From NCBI GenBank assembly GCA_965219085.1, contig OZ244720.1:256001-320000 (forward strand): a stretch of DNA of 64,000 bases. Reading direction: 5' to 3'. Both the position numbers and the translations under genes were made by a program. The stretch's first letter is position 1; every line of letters starts with the position of its first letter. Under the pieces are notes generated by a model that did no database searches, was not told the DNA's origin, and saw only the letters and a list, made by a program, of their open reading frames with translations. The stretch is from Dehalococcoidia bacterium. Its GTDB lineage: Bacteria; Chloroflexota; Dehalococcoidia; UBA2979. This document shows, piece after piece, positions 16,399 to 27,797 of this stretch.

Positions 16399-16648
16399 TT
16401 AGATTCGCTTCAGTGAAACATGGTTCCGTGGAAGCTTGGCCCGCCCCCGCCGGGTCTGCGTTTCCGCATACCCGCCGAGCACCGGCCAGAGAGTCGTCCT
16501 ATGCACTGCGCACCCGGCTCACAACCGCACGCCCACGAGGGGCGCCGGCGTTGCCAGGCGCAGGTCATGACGGGAATCTCTGTTCCCGCTTCTGGCTGCT
16601 ATCCAAGTGTTAATGTGCCTCAGCCGCCCTCGGGCAGGCCGTCGGATG

Positions 16649-16676
16649 ATCGTACCCCAGCATTCTCGTGCGTCAA
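16649..16676 (-). promoter_or_regulatory. sigma70-type rRNA promoter
   Basis: TTGACG-16 nt-TACGAT on minus strand upstream of the 16S leader. Confidence 0.7.
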
Positions 16677-16741
16677 GGCCTATATCCCGCTTTCTACACG
16701 AACCCGAGCCGAAAACCCTTGGAAATTCAAGCAAAACAGGG

Positions 16742-17815
16742 TTATGTAGCTCGTGGGGCTCGACCACCCCCACCCTCGATCGTCAACGCGTCATCATCGG
16801 TCCGCGCGGTTCCGCCCCGCAGATCGAGGTGGGCGCCGCGCCGCGCCGCGACTGCGAGGAGGCGTTCGGCCTGCTCCGCCGTCACCGAAACGCCCACGGC
16901 CGCGGCAGCGCGCCGCACCAGCCGCAGACCTACCGCTTCCGGCAGCGCCGTCAGCGCGCGACGCTCGATGCGTGCCGTTCGACCCTCCACCCTCAGCAGC
17001 GCGGCCGCCTCGCGCTCCGACCACGCCTCGAGCGCCTCGCCGTCACGGCGGGCGTGCCCGGCGAAGCGCGCGAGCGCGGCGGCGGCCTCGGGATTGAGCG
17101 ACCGCAGTTCGGGCATCACGCGGTGGCGCACGCGGTTACGGCTGTACGCGATCTCATCGTTCGAGGGGTCGTGGCGCGGCGCGAGCCCCGCGCCGGCGAG
17201 CCCCAGCGCGTCGAGGTAATCGACCACCTCAACGCGCGTGACGCCGAGCAGCGGGCGCAGCAGCCGCAGCGGCGCGTTGCCCCCGGCCGCCTCGCACGCG
17301 ACGGGCCAGGGGGCGTCGAGCGCCATCCCCGCGGCCCCTCCAAGGCCGCTGCCGCGCGTGAGGCGTAGCAGCACGGTCTCGGCCTGGTCGTCGAGCGTGT
17401 GCCCCGTGACGCAGGCAGACGCGCCGGCCGCGCGCGCGGCCGGCGCGAGCCAGCGGTAGCGCGCCTCGCGGGCGTCTGCTTCGGCGGCACTCCCGCCGCC
17501 GGGGGCGGCGCCGCCACCGCTCACGACGCGCACGCCGAGGCAGCCTGCCAGCGTCTCGACGTACGAGCGGTCGGCGTCGGTCTCGACCTCCGGACGCGTC
17601 CCATGATTGAAGTGTGCTGCGACGGCGTGTCCTCCGGCCTGCGCAGCGACGCGCGCGACAGCGACCAGCGCAGCGGTCGAGTCCGGCCCACCGGAGCACG
17701 CCACGAGCAGCGTCGAGCCGCTCGCGAGGTGCTCCCCGAGCTGGTGTGCGACGCGGCGCTCGAACGCCGATGTCACGCGGTTGCGGCGGAGGGGCGATTC
17801 CGGCCGGGCGCTCAT
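16742..17815 (-). CDS. tilS: tRNA(Ile)-lysidine synthetase
   Basis: PP-loop ACSGGPDS, HFNHG, AREARY, GHTLDDQAETVL, RPLL, DPSN, RNRVR. Confidence 0.95.
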   Translation of the reverse strand: MSARPESPLRRNRVTSAFERRVAHQLGEHLASGSTLLVACSGGPDSTAALVAVARVAAQAGGHAVAAHFNHGTRPEVETDADRSYVETLAGCLGVRVVSGGGAAPGGGSAAEADAREARYRWLAPAARAAGASACVTGHTLDDQAETVLLRLTRGSGLGGAAGMALDAPWPVACEAAGGNAPLRLLRPLLGVTRVEVVDYLDALGLAGAGLAPRHDPSNDEIAYSRNRVRHRVMPELRSLNPEAAAALARFAGHARRDGEALEAWSEREAAALLRVEGRTARIERRALTALPEAVGLRLVRRAAAAVGVSVTAEQAERLLAVAARRGAHLDLRGGTARTDDDALTIEGGGGRAPRAT

Positions 17816-17916
17816 ACGCGCAGCGTAGCGCAGCCCCGCCGCGTCAGCGGCATCAGCGAGGAACAAGCGCGTCAGCGCCCGGGTCAGCGCCCACTCATCT
17901 CCCACTCATCGTCCAC

Positions 17917-18333
17917 CTATCGTCCGAACAGCGCCTCCCACCAGCGCTCGCCCGGCTCGCGGTCCGGGACGCCGGCGCCGAGCGGCTGCGCGTCGGTGGT
18001 GTGGTCTTCGACGATGACCGCGGTCTCGCCGGGCCGCACCAGGCCAAACCGGCTGCGACCGACCGCCTCGATGTACTCGTCGGATGCGAGGTATTCGCGC
18101 AGGCCCTCAAGCTCGGCGATCTGCTGCTGGAGCCGGGCGACCTCTTGCTCGACCTCGCGCTGCTGTTCGGCCAGGCGATGTTGCTGGCGTGCGGTCTGCA
18201 CGCCAGCGTACGCGAACAGGACGAGCAGCAGCGCGGCGATCGCGATCACCATCTGCAAGGGGCCGAAGGCCGGGAGGCGCAGGCTGGGGAGAGTGGGCAC
18301 GTCCGTCCTCGAGAGTGCCCCGCCGCGTTCCAC
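17917..18333 (-). CDS. ftsB: Septum formation initiator (FtsB/DivIC family)
   Basis: Single TM, coiled coil, then YIEAVGRSRFGLVRPGE; start uncertain. Confidence 0.8.
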   Translation of the reverse strand: MERGGALSRTDVPTLPSLRLPAFGPLQMVIAIAALLLVLFAYAGVQTARQQHRLAEQQREVEQEVARLQQQIAELEGLREYLASDEYIEAVGRSRFGLVRPGETAVIVEDHTTDAQPLGAGVPDREPGERWWEALFGR

Positions 18334-18366
18334 CGTAGCAGCGCCGCGCGGCGCCTACAATCGGCT

Positions 18367-19014
18367 TCAGGCGGGCCCCTCGCCGGGCAGGTGGCACTGC
18401 TCGTTCAGCCCAACAACGGCCCACCTCGAGGGCCCACCGTCGCTCCCGGGCCGGCGCTCCACGACCGACAGCGAGGCGAGACCGAGCTGGAACCGGCGCT
18501 GCGCGGCCATCGAGACGCCGAGCGCGTGCGTGAGCAGCGACTTCAGCGCCATGTTGTGCGAGACGACGACGACATCGGCCTCGCCGTGCCGCTCGCCCGC
18601 CTCATCCAGCGCTTCGAGCATGCGCACCCGCGCCTCGCCCATCGACTCGCCACCGGGGAAGCGCAGGTCGGCGAAGCGCTCGTCGCGCCACTGCTCGAGG
18701 AAGTCCGCGAAGTGCTCGCGGATCTCGTCGAACGCCATGCCGTCGAGTTCGCCGTGGTCGACCTCGTGCAGGCGCTCGTCGATAACCGGCTCGAGGCCGT
18801 ACGCCTCGGCGATGGGGGCGGCAGTGCTCCGCGCGCGCGACGCCGGGCTGACGTACAGCGCGACCGGCCGGTACGGCGCGATCGAGGTGGGAACGGTGGC
18901 CGCCTGCCGGTGCCCGCGCTCGGTGAGCTGGTTGTCGATACGGCCCTGCGTCTGGCCGGCGGCGTTGCCGGCCGCCTCGGCGTGTCGCAGCAGCAGGAAG
19001 CGCGTCACTGCCAT
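18367..19014 (-). CDS. Histidine phosphatase (phosphoglycerate mutase/CobC-like) family protein
   Basis: LLRHAE, SPASRARST, EVDHG, PGGES, VVSH motifs. Confidence 0.88.
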   Translation of the reverse strand: MAVTRFLLLRHAEAAGNAAGQTQGRIDNQLTERGHRQAATVPTSIAPYRPVALYVSPASRARSTAAPIAEAYGLEPVIDERLHEVDHGELDGMAFDEIREHFADFLEQWRDERFADLRFPGGESMGEARVRMLEALDEAGERHGEADVVVVSHNMALKSLLTHALGVSMAAQRRFQLGLASLSVVERRPGSDGGPSRWAVVGLNEQCHLPGEGPA

Positions 19015-19661
19015 GTCAGCTCCAGGAACGTCCGCACGACGGGATGGCTGCGGACCTCCTCGGCGGTCGCGGGGAGCGAGCCGGGAGCGACGTCCGCGCC
19101 GTAGAAGCCAGCGAACCACAGGATGAGGTTCTCGTGCCAGTAGACAAACCCATTCGGCGGCTCGCAACCCTCGAGGAGCGGCCGCACGCGGAAGTCCCCG
19201 CCGACAGCCCAGTCGGCCTTGAACGCGTCGCGGTCGGCGTAGATCCACAGCACCCAGACGGCGTGCTGCTTGTCCAGCCCAACGCCCGGGCCAGTGAACA
19301 CGATCGGCTCGGCCGAGGCGCCCGGGCATACGGGCTCGAACTCGTCCGAGAACGCCAACCCCGGCGCCGGCAGCGCCGATTCGAAATCCTCGAGGGAATA
19401 GGGATCCCCATCGACGACCATCGTGCCGGCAGTTCCCGGAGCACGAGCCGGTGTTGGAGTCGGCGTCGCCGTTGCTGGCGCGGCAGGTGTCGCGCTGGGC
19501 GTCGCAGGAGGCTGGGTTGACGTGGTGATGGCCCGAGTCGTCGCGGTCGCCGTAGGCGTCGCGGCCGGCTCCGTGTCGTCCGAGTCGCCGCCGACGCAGC
19601 CGAGGACGGACACGCTGACCAGCGCCAACAACGCGACGGCGCCCACCGCCAGCCGCCTCAC
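19005..19661 (-). CDS. Putative lipoprotein, unknown Cys-containing domain (paralog 1)
   Basis: Lipobox VLGC, Thr/Pro linker, C-terminal domain CPGASAEP...GCEPPNGFVYW...LWFAGFYG. Confidence 0.75.
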   Translation of the reverse strand: MRRLAVGAVALLALVSVSVLGCVGGDSDDTEPAATPTATATTRAITTSTQPPATPSATPAAPATATPTPTPARAPGTAGTMVVDGDPYSLEDFESALPAPGLAFSDEFEPVCPGASAEPIVFTGPGVGLDKQHAVWVLWIYADRDAFKADWAVGGDFRVRPLLEGCEPPNGFVYWHENLILWFAGFYGADVAPGSLPATAEEVRSHPVVRTFLELTWQ

Positions 19662-19686
19662 GGCAGTGGCTCCGCGAAGCGCGTCG

Positions 19687-20367
19687 TCACGGCCTCAGTC
19701 CCAGGAATGCCTGGATCACGGGATGCTCGCGCACCTCGGACCGCTCGTCGGGCGGCGACGCAGGGTCAACCTCGGAACCGTAGAACCCGACGAACCACAG
19801 CAGCAGGTGCCGGTTCCAGTAGACGAACCCGTTCGGCGGCTCGCAACCGGCGAGGAGCGGCTCGACACGGCGCTGCGCGTTGATGGTCCACTCTCCATCG
19901 AACGCGTCCCGATCGGGATAGGGCCAGAACACCCAGACCGCGAACCGATCGCCATCCTCGAAGTCCGGCCCGGCGAACACGACCGGCTCGACCGAGGCGC
20001 CGGGGCACGCGGGCTCGTACGCGTTCGTCAGGGCCAGTCCGGGCCCCGGCAGCGCCGCCGCGAGTTGCAGGAACGAGCTGGGGAGGAGCCGGTCCGCGGA
20101 CGTCGGCGCCGTGAGGGTCGGGGTTGCCGTGACCGGGGACGTGGTCGGGGCAGGGCTCGCGGTCGCGGTTGGCGTCGCCGTCGGGGCGGCCGGCGTTGCC
20201 GTCGGAGCCACCGGCGTGGCCGTTGCCGTCGCGGGGGCAGCCGCGGTAGGGGTAGAGGTCGCGGTCGACACCACCACCGGATCTTCGTCGTCTTCGCCAC
20301 GGCCATAGAGTGCGAGCGCGGCGAGGATGACCAGGACCGCCACGGCCGTCACGGCCAGGCGCCTCAC
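19687..20367 (-). CDS. Membrane-anchored/secreted protein, unknown Cys-containing domain (paralog 2)
   Basis: N-terminal TM, Thr/Pro linker, same C-terminal domain CPGASVEP...GCEPPNGFVYW...LWFVGFYG. Confidence 0.75.
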   Translation of the reverse strand: MRRLAVTAVAVLVILAALALYGRGEDDEDPVVVSTATSTPTAAAPATATATPVAPTATPAAPTATPTATASPAPTTSPVTATPTLTAPTSADRLLPSSFLQLAAALPGPGLALTNAYEPACPGASVEPVVFAGPDFEDGDRFAVWVFWPYPDRDAFDGEWTINAQRRVEPLLAGCEPPNGFVYWNRHLLLWFVGFYGSEVDPASPPDERSEVREHPVIQAFLGLRP

Positions 20368-21080
20368 GGGAGCGGCTCCTCGAACTCCTCGTCGAACACC
20401 AACATGGACTGCGTGCGCGGCGGTTCGCCCAGTCGCAGGCCGGTGCGGCGGCGCTCGCGTGGCGCGGCGCGCTCGCCCAGCGCGTCGAGCACCGACAGCG
20501 GGCGGCCGTTCAGCCCCTCGCGGGACTCAAGGTGCATGGTCACCACGACGCGCCCCGGCTCGGTGCGCACATCGAGGTCACGGACGGTGGCGCGCAGGTC
20601 GTAGACGCGCGTCTTCTGGCCGCGCTGGTCCTCCCACTCCAGCTCGTGCGTCGCGAGTAGCCCATCGACGCGCCATTGCAGTTCGGCGGCGTCGACGTCG
20701 TCGCGGTCGAAGACGAGCTCGTACGTCGCCGAGGTGATCGCCGACTGCAGCGAGGGCTCCTCGTGCGCGACCTCCTCGACGGCGACGACCGAGAGACCAT
20801 CGGGCAGCTCCCCGCGAAGCTGCTCGACGACCTCGATCGGCGCCACCGGGGTCGACATCCACGTGTCGAGCAGCTCCGCGTCACCCTCGAAGCCGACGGC
20901 GAGCGGTGCGCCGAGGGCGAGGCGAGCGTGGGGCGAGAAGCCCTGCGTGTAGGCGAGCGGCAGCCGGGCGCGGCGCAGCGCGCGCTCCCACGTGCGCATG
21001 AGGTCGAGGTGCCCCACGTAGCGCAGGGCGTCCGCCTTGCGGTACGTCACGCGCAACCGTTGCGGCCGTTCGTCAGTCAT
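20364..21080 (-). CDS. Radical SAM-linked protein (DUF2344/TIGR03936-like)
   Basis: RLRVTYRKADALRYVGHLDLMRTWERALRRARLPLAYTQGFSPH signature. Confidence 0.85.
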   Translation of the reverse strand: MTDERPQRLRVTYRKADALRYVGHLDLMRTWERALRRARLPLAYTQGFSPHARLALGAPLAVGFEGDAELLDTWMSTPVAPIEVVEQLRGELPDGLSVVAVEEVAHEEPSLQSAITSATYELVFDRDDVDAAELQWRVDGLLATHELEWEDQRGQKTRVYDLRATVRDLDVRTEPGRVVVTMHLESREGLNGRPLSVLDALGERAAPRERRRTGLRLGEPPRTQSMLVFDEEFEEPLP

Positions 21081-21136
21081 CGTCGATCGAGTGTAGCGCT
21101 ATCGGCGGGCCCGCCGTCGCGGGGCCCAGTGCGGGA

Positions 21137-22105
21137 TCAGGCTCCGCCGCCGTTACCCCACCCCGCTCGCACTGCCGCCAGCAACGCACCAGCCGCCGAA
21201 CGGGGATCGCGGCGGCGGGCCGCCACTTCGTCGATGAGGTCACTGAGCACGCCCACGCCTCCCGCAGCCTCCAGCGTCTCGCGCTGCATCGCCGCGCGGG
21301 CGAGCGAGACGATCTGCTCGCGCACGTGGTCGCGGCGCTCGTCTTCGGCGTGCTCCGAGGCGCGGAGGTGTTCCTGGTGGTCGTCGATCGCCGCGACGAG
21401 CTCCTCGAGTCCCTCACTATCGCGGGCGACGCACTTGAGGATCGGTGGCCTCCAGGCGCGGTCGGGGGCGATCGCGAGCAGGCCACGCAGCTGGCCGACG
21501 GCCGTGTCGGCGCCGGCGAGGTCGGACTTGTTCACGACCATCACCTGCGCGACCTCCATCAGGCCGGCCTTCATCGTCTGCACGTCGTCGCCGCCGGCCG
21601 GCATCGTCACCAGCACAGTCGTCTGTGTCGCCGCCGCGACCTCGACCTCGTCCTGGCCCGCGCCGACGGTCTCGACGATCACCACGTCGTAGCCCGCGGC
21701 GTCCATCATGTCGACGACGCCCGACGCGGTTTCCGCGAGGCCGCCGAGGCTGCCCCTCGACGCCATCGAGCGCAGGAACACGCCCGAGTCCGATGTCAGG
21801 TCCTGCATGCGGATGCGGTCACCGAGGATGGCGCCGTGCGAGAACGGCGAGGATGGGTCGACGGCGACGATGCCGACTGTGCGGCCAAGCGCGCGCTCGG
21901 CGCGCGCCAATCCACCTACCAGCGTCGACTTGCCGACGCCGGCCGAGCCGGTCACGCCGATGGTCTGCGCGCGGCCGGTGCGTGGGTAGAGCGAGGCGAG
22001 GACGGTGCGGCCGGTCTCCGTGTCGGCCTCGACGTGCGTGATGGTGCGTGACAGCGCCCGGCGATCACCCGCGAGGACGCGTTCGGCAAGCTCGCTCGCG
22101 TCCAC
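21137..22105 (-). CDS. meaB: Methylmalonyl-CoA mutase-associated GTPase MeaB
   Basis: GDRRALSR, GSAGVGKST, VDPSSPFSHGAILGDRIRM, ETVGAGQDE, NKSD; GTG start at 22105. Confidence 0.93.
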   Translation of the reverse strand: MDASELAERVLAGDRRALSRTITHVEADTETGRTVLASLYPRTGRAQTIGVTGSAGVGKSTLVGGLARAERALGRTVGIVAVDPSSPFSHGAILGDRIRMQDLTSDSGVFLRSMASRGSLGGLAETASGVVDMMDAAGYDVVIVETVGAGQDEVEVAAATQTTVLVTMPAGGDDVQTMKAGLMEVAQVMVVNKSDLAGADTAVGQLRGLLAIAPDRAWRPPILKCVARDSEGLEELVAAIDDHQEHLRASEHAEDERRDHVREQIVSLARAAMQRETLEAAGGVGVLSDLIDEVAARRRDPRSAAGALLAAVRAGWGNGGGA

Positions 22106-22122
22106 GGGCGCAGCGCTCGCCG

Positions 22123-22533
22123 CTAGGTCGCGTACGTCGGCGCGTGCTCGCGGACGAACTCGATGATGTCCTGCGTGTTCGTGCCCGGTCCGAAGACGCC
22201 CTGGAAGCCCATCTCCTGCACCGCGGGGATGTCGGCCTCGGGGATGATGCCGCCGCAGAACAGCAGCACGTCGCTCACCTCGCGCTCCTCGAGCGCTGCG
22301 ATGACGCGCGGGAACAGTTCGAGGTGCGCGCCGGACAGGATCGACAACCCGACGACCTGCGCGTCCTCCTGGAGCGCGGCCTCGGCGATCATGTCGGGCG
22401 TCTGGCGGATGCCGGTGTAGATGACCTCCATGCCGGCGTCGCGCAGCGCCCGTGCGACGACCTTGGCGCCACGGTCGTGGCCATCGAGGCCAGGCTTCGC
22501 GATCAGCACGCGAATGGATCGGTCGTCGGCCAT
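22123..22533 (-). CDS. Methylmalonyl-CoA mutase cobalamin-binding subunit
   Basis: [25 protein letters not shown] motifs. Confidence 0.95.
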   Translation of the reverse strand: MADDRSIRVLIAKPGLDGHDRGAKVVARALRDAGMEVIYTGIRQTPDMIAEAALQEDAQVVGLSILSGAHLELFPRVIAALEEREVSDVLLFCGGIIPEADIPAVQEMGFQGVFGPGTNTQDIIEFVREHAPTYAT

Positions 22534-22626
22534 GGGGAGCCTCCTCGTTGTGCTGCTCGCGGCGTTGCCGCACGCGAGTCTAGCCAGCCTCGCGCTGCTG
22601 CGCGAGGGTTCATTGCCGTTCTCGTA

Positions 22627-23445
22627 CTAGTCCACGTACTCCAGCAGTTGGATGCCGATGCCGAACGCCTGCTCGGCGCTGATAGTCGAGCGCCGCGTCC
22701 CCGGCAGTGTGCCGACCTCGCCGTCCGGGACATCGAGCCCGGCTGCGCGGTAGCGCGCGATCTCGGAGTCGAGGTCGGCGACCTCGATCGCCGCGACGGG
22801 GAACGCGCCCTCGCGCTGCTCCTCGATCACCTTTGCCAGCGGAGCGTCGGGACTCGCCGGTGCGATCAACTCGAGGATGGTGCGGCTGATCGGGAACTGC
22901 CCGATCATGATCTGCGCCTCCTCGACGTCGAAGCGGTGTTGCTCCTCGACGCCGATCACCTCGTTCCAGCGCTGCTTCGCCGCGTCGTAGTCGGCGACGC
23001 GCGCCGCGACGTGGTCGATGCCCTTCGTGTCGGAGTGGTGCGCGCCGGGCCGCGGCTGCGCGAGCTCGACGAGCACCCCGAACATCGAGCGCGGGTGCAG
23101 GAACGCGATCTCGCCCGCGAGCCCGTAGCGCGGCTCCTCGTCGATCAACTCGACGCCGAGGTCGCGCACGCGCGCGAGCTCGGCGCGGATGTCGTCGGTG
23201 CTGAAGCAGAAGTGGTGCAGCGTCTGCCCGCGCGTCTCGAGGTAGCGCGCCACGCCGGTGCCCTCCTCGACGGGCTCGAGCAGCTCGATCTCATTCTCGC
23301 CGAGCGGCAGCAGCACGCCGCGCACGCCCTGCGCCTCGACGACCTCATCGACGGCCACCTCGAGGCCCATGATGTCGCGGTAGAAGCCGAGTGCGTCGTC
23401 GGCGCTGTGGACGACGATGCCGATGTGGTGGAGCCGGTCGATCAT
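22627..23445 (-). CDS. mce: Methylmalonyl-CoA epimerase with two tandem VOC domains
   Basis: HHIGIVV...IELLEP...LHHFCF...AFLHP...GVLVEL, followed by a second VOC unit (IDHVA...LELI...IQLLE). Confidence 0.8.
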   Translation of the reverse strand: MIDRLHHIGIVVHSADDALGFYRDIMGLEVAVDEVVEAQGVRGVLLPLGENEIELLEPVEEGTGVARYLETRGQTLHHFCFSTDDIRAELARVRDLGVELIDEEPRYGLAGEIAFLHPRSMFGVLVELAQPRPGAHHSDTKGIDHVAARVADYDAAKQRWNEVIGVEEQHRFDVEEAQIMIGQFPISRTILELIAPASPDAPLAKVIEEQREGAFPVAAIEVADLDSEIARYRAAGLDVPDGEVGTLPGTRRSTISAEQAFGIGIQLLEYVD

Positions 23446-23481
23446 GTGCCCTTCCCCCTGGTCACCTTCCCCCTGGTCAAT

Positions 23482-23973
23482 CTATACCCCCTGCTCGCCA
23501 CGCCAGGCGAGGATTGCCGCGGCGTGTTCCCGGTCGTGTTCGGCCGCGGCGGCGAGCCGGTACGGCGTGCGCCCCTCGGCGTAGCGGTCGGGCTCGAGGA
23601 CGGCGAGGCCACGGATCGCCCCGTTGTGCTGCTCGCGTGCGTCGCGCAGGTTCCCGAGCACTTGCTCCCAGCTCAGGTCGCTGGAGCGCGCGACCGACTC
23701 TGCGTTGAACGCGTTTTCGGCCGCCTCGGGGTCGTCGCGGTTCGCAACGAACTCCGGGATCGCGGGGCGCTCGCCGCTCGCGACGAGGTCGAGGGCGGCG
23801 GCCCAGCCCGCTTGCCAGCGGGCGATGTGCGCGAGGATGTCCTTCGCCGACCACGCCTCCGGGCCGAACCAGCCCTCGACGCGTCGATCCGCTGGCAGCG
23901 CGTCGAGCGCGTCCAGCAAATCGGCGCGCGCCTGCTCGTTCTCCTCGATCAGGGTGTCAAGCGCCTCGGTCAT
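23482..23973 (-). CDS. DinB/ClbS-like four-helix bundle protein
   Basis: WSAKDILAHI...W and C-terminal EHDREH motif. Confidence 0.75.
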   Translation of the reverse strand: MTEALDTLIEENEQARADLLDALDALPADRRVEGWFGPEAWSAKDILAHIARWQAGWAAALDLVASGERPAIPEFVANRDDPEAAENAFNAESVARSSDLSWEQVLGNLRDAREQHNGAIRGLAVLEPDRYAEGRTPYRLAAAAEHDREHAAAILAWRGEQGV

Positions 23974-24013
23974 GAGGGGTGCTCCATTCGCGCGCGAGTT
24001 GCGGCCGCGCGCA

Positions 24014-25669
<1,656 letters not shown>

Positions 25670-25823
25670 GGCGACCCCCCGGCCGCCCGCACATGCCCGG
25701 CGACCTGTCTTCGGTCGCGCCTGCGAGCAGCATCGCGAGTGTAGGCAGCGGCCTGCCGGGAATCAACGCGCGAGGCGGCGAACGCGGGCCGCGCCTACGC
25801 GCGCACCTCCGGCCGGAACGAGA

Positions 25824-26698
25824 CTACCGGCCGAAGCTGTCGGTGTTCAGCACGGGCTGGGTGCTCTTGTCGGCGCACAACACGACGAGCTGGTTGCCCA
25901 CCATCGCCGCCTTCTGCTCCTCGTCGAGTTCGACCACGTTGCGGCTGGAGAGGTCGTCGAGCGCCATCTGCACCATGCTCACGGCACCCTCGACGATCAG
26001 GCTGCCAGCCGCAATGCTCCAGCGGCAACAGGCAGGCGCGATCATTGCCGAGGCGATCTCCGGCGCGTACGCCAGGTGCGTGATCCGCGCCTCCAGGACC
26101 TCGACGCCGGCTTCGTCCAGGCGGCCCTGTATCTCCTGCTGCAGGCGCTGCGCGATCTCCTCAGTGTCGCCGCGCAGCGAGAGCGCCGCGTCGTCTCCGG
26201 TGTCGTACGGGTACTGGCTCGCGAGGTTGCGGACCGCGGACTCGCTCTGGACGTGGACAAAGTTCACGTAGGCGTCGACCTGGAAGCTGGCGGCGGCGGT
26301 GTCGACCACCCTCCACACGACGACGGCGATCTCGATCGGATTGCCATCGGCGTCGCTCACCCTGGAACGCTCCGTCTCGAGTTGCGCACCCGGACGGAGA
26401 TACGCCGCTTCGTGTACAGGGGGTTCGCGTAACGTAGTCCGGGCGAACGGGCGGTGCTGACGTAGTTCCCGAACAGCTGCAACACGCGCGCCTCGTTCGG
26501 CGGTACGGCGAACAGCCCGATCGCGAAGAAGGCCAGCAGCGGCAGGAGTACCGAGGCGAGCGTGACCAGGATCCAGCCCCCATCCAGCCACGTCACAATG
26601 CCGGCCGCGCCCAGCAAGATGTCGAGCACGAGCGCCAGCAGCAGGACGACCACGGCGAGCACGCCGGAGCGGATCTCGCGAACTGTCTCACGGATCAT
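25824..26698 (-). pseudogene. SPFH (band 7) domain membrane protein, frameshifted, with internal micro-inversion
   Basis: MIRETVRE...VPPNEARVLQLFG...ISVRVRN continues in another frame as ETERSRVSDADGNPIEIA...QSESAVR...YPYD...THLAYAPEIA; frameshift near 26381. Confidence 0.85.
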
Positions 26699-26836
26699 GA
26701 GCGCACCCCTCCATCTGATCGTAACGGCCCGGGCTGCGGGTTGGGGGGCCGCCCGGCACGTCGCGCGTCGCCCGATTCCCGAGCACACTGACGCGCATGC
26801 AGCACGCCCATCGCGGCGCGGGAAGGCAGGCACCGG

Positions 26837-27583
26837 ATGGTCGAAGCAGGGCAGCGGGTCGTCATCGTCACCGGCAGCACCGTGGGCATCGGCCGCGTGA
26901 TCGCGGCGGAGTTCGTGGCCAACGGCTGGGCCGTCGTCGTCAACGCCCGCAAAGCGGACGACGTCGCGACCGTCACCGGCGAGCTCGGCGCCGAGGGCGG
27001 CACCGTCCTCGGCATCCCCACCGACGTCACCGACCCCGATGCCGTGCGCGCGATGGTCGAACGGACGACGGCCGAGCTCGGCCCCATCGACACGCTCGTC
27101 AACAACGCCGGCATCCCGGGCCCGCGCGTGTTCGCACAGGAGGTCGAGGCGCAGGAGTTCCTCGACGTGCTGCGCGTCAACTTGTGGGGCGCGTTCCTGG
27201 GCGCGAAGTACGTGCTGCCGGGGATGATCGAGCGCGGCGTGGGCGGGCGCATCATCAACATGACCGGCGGCGGCGCAGCCACCGACCGTCCGCTGCGCGG
27301 CGGCATCTCCTACGCATCGTCGAAGGCGGGTGTCGAGGGGATGACGCGCAACCTCGCGCTCGAGGTGTCGCGCTTCGGCATCACGGTCAACGCCATCCAG
27401 CCCGGCCGTATCGCCTCGCGCGGCTTCCCGCAGCTCGACGACGACGTGCGCCGCGGCGTCCCGTTCGTGAGCGCGGAGCCGGCGGGACGGCTCGCCGTCT
27501 GGCTCACCTCGGACGAGGCCGCCGAGATCACCGGCGAGACCATCGACGCGCAGCGCTGGGACGCGGAGCGCCAGGCCGGGTAG
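26837..27583 (+). CDS. Short-chain dehydrogenase/reductase (SDR)
   Basis: TGSTVGIG, NNAG, YASSK, NAIQPG. Confidence 0.93.
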   Translation: MVEAGQRVVIVTGSTVGIGRVIAAEFVANGWAVVVNARKADDVATVTGELGAEGGTVLGIPTDVTDPDAVRAMVERTTAELGPIDTLVNNAGIPGPRVFAQEVEAQEFLDVLRVNLWGAFLGAKYVLPGMIERGVGGRIINMTGGGAATDRPLRGGISYASSKAGVEGMTRNLALEVSRFGITVNAIQPGRIASRGFPQLDDDVRRGVPFVSAEPAGRLAVWLTSDEAAEITGETIDAQRWDAERQAG

Positions 27584-27797
27584 CCACTCGCGAATCTCGA
27601 TGCTCCGGGAAGCGCATCGATGCCTCCGCCGGCGGTGGCGCGGGGCGCTCAATCACCGGACCAGCGACAACGTTCCGCTCCGTCCGCAGCCGCGGCGTTC
27701 ATAAGACTGTGCATACGTAATGCTTCTGTAGTGTTTCTGGAAAGCTTCACGATCTACCCTCGCACCAGGCCGGTTACGGCCGTGAGGAGGCGTCGCG

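Noticed and set aside
21137-22573. 478-aa extended MeaB ORF
   Set aside because: The extension overlaps the B12-binding subunit gene in another frame; the real start is GTG at ~22105
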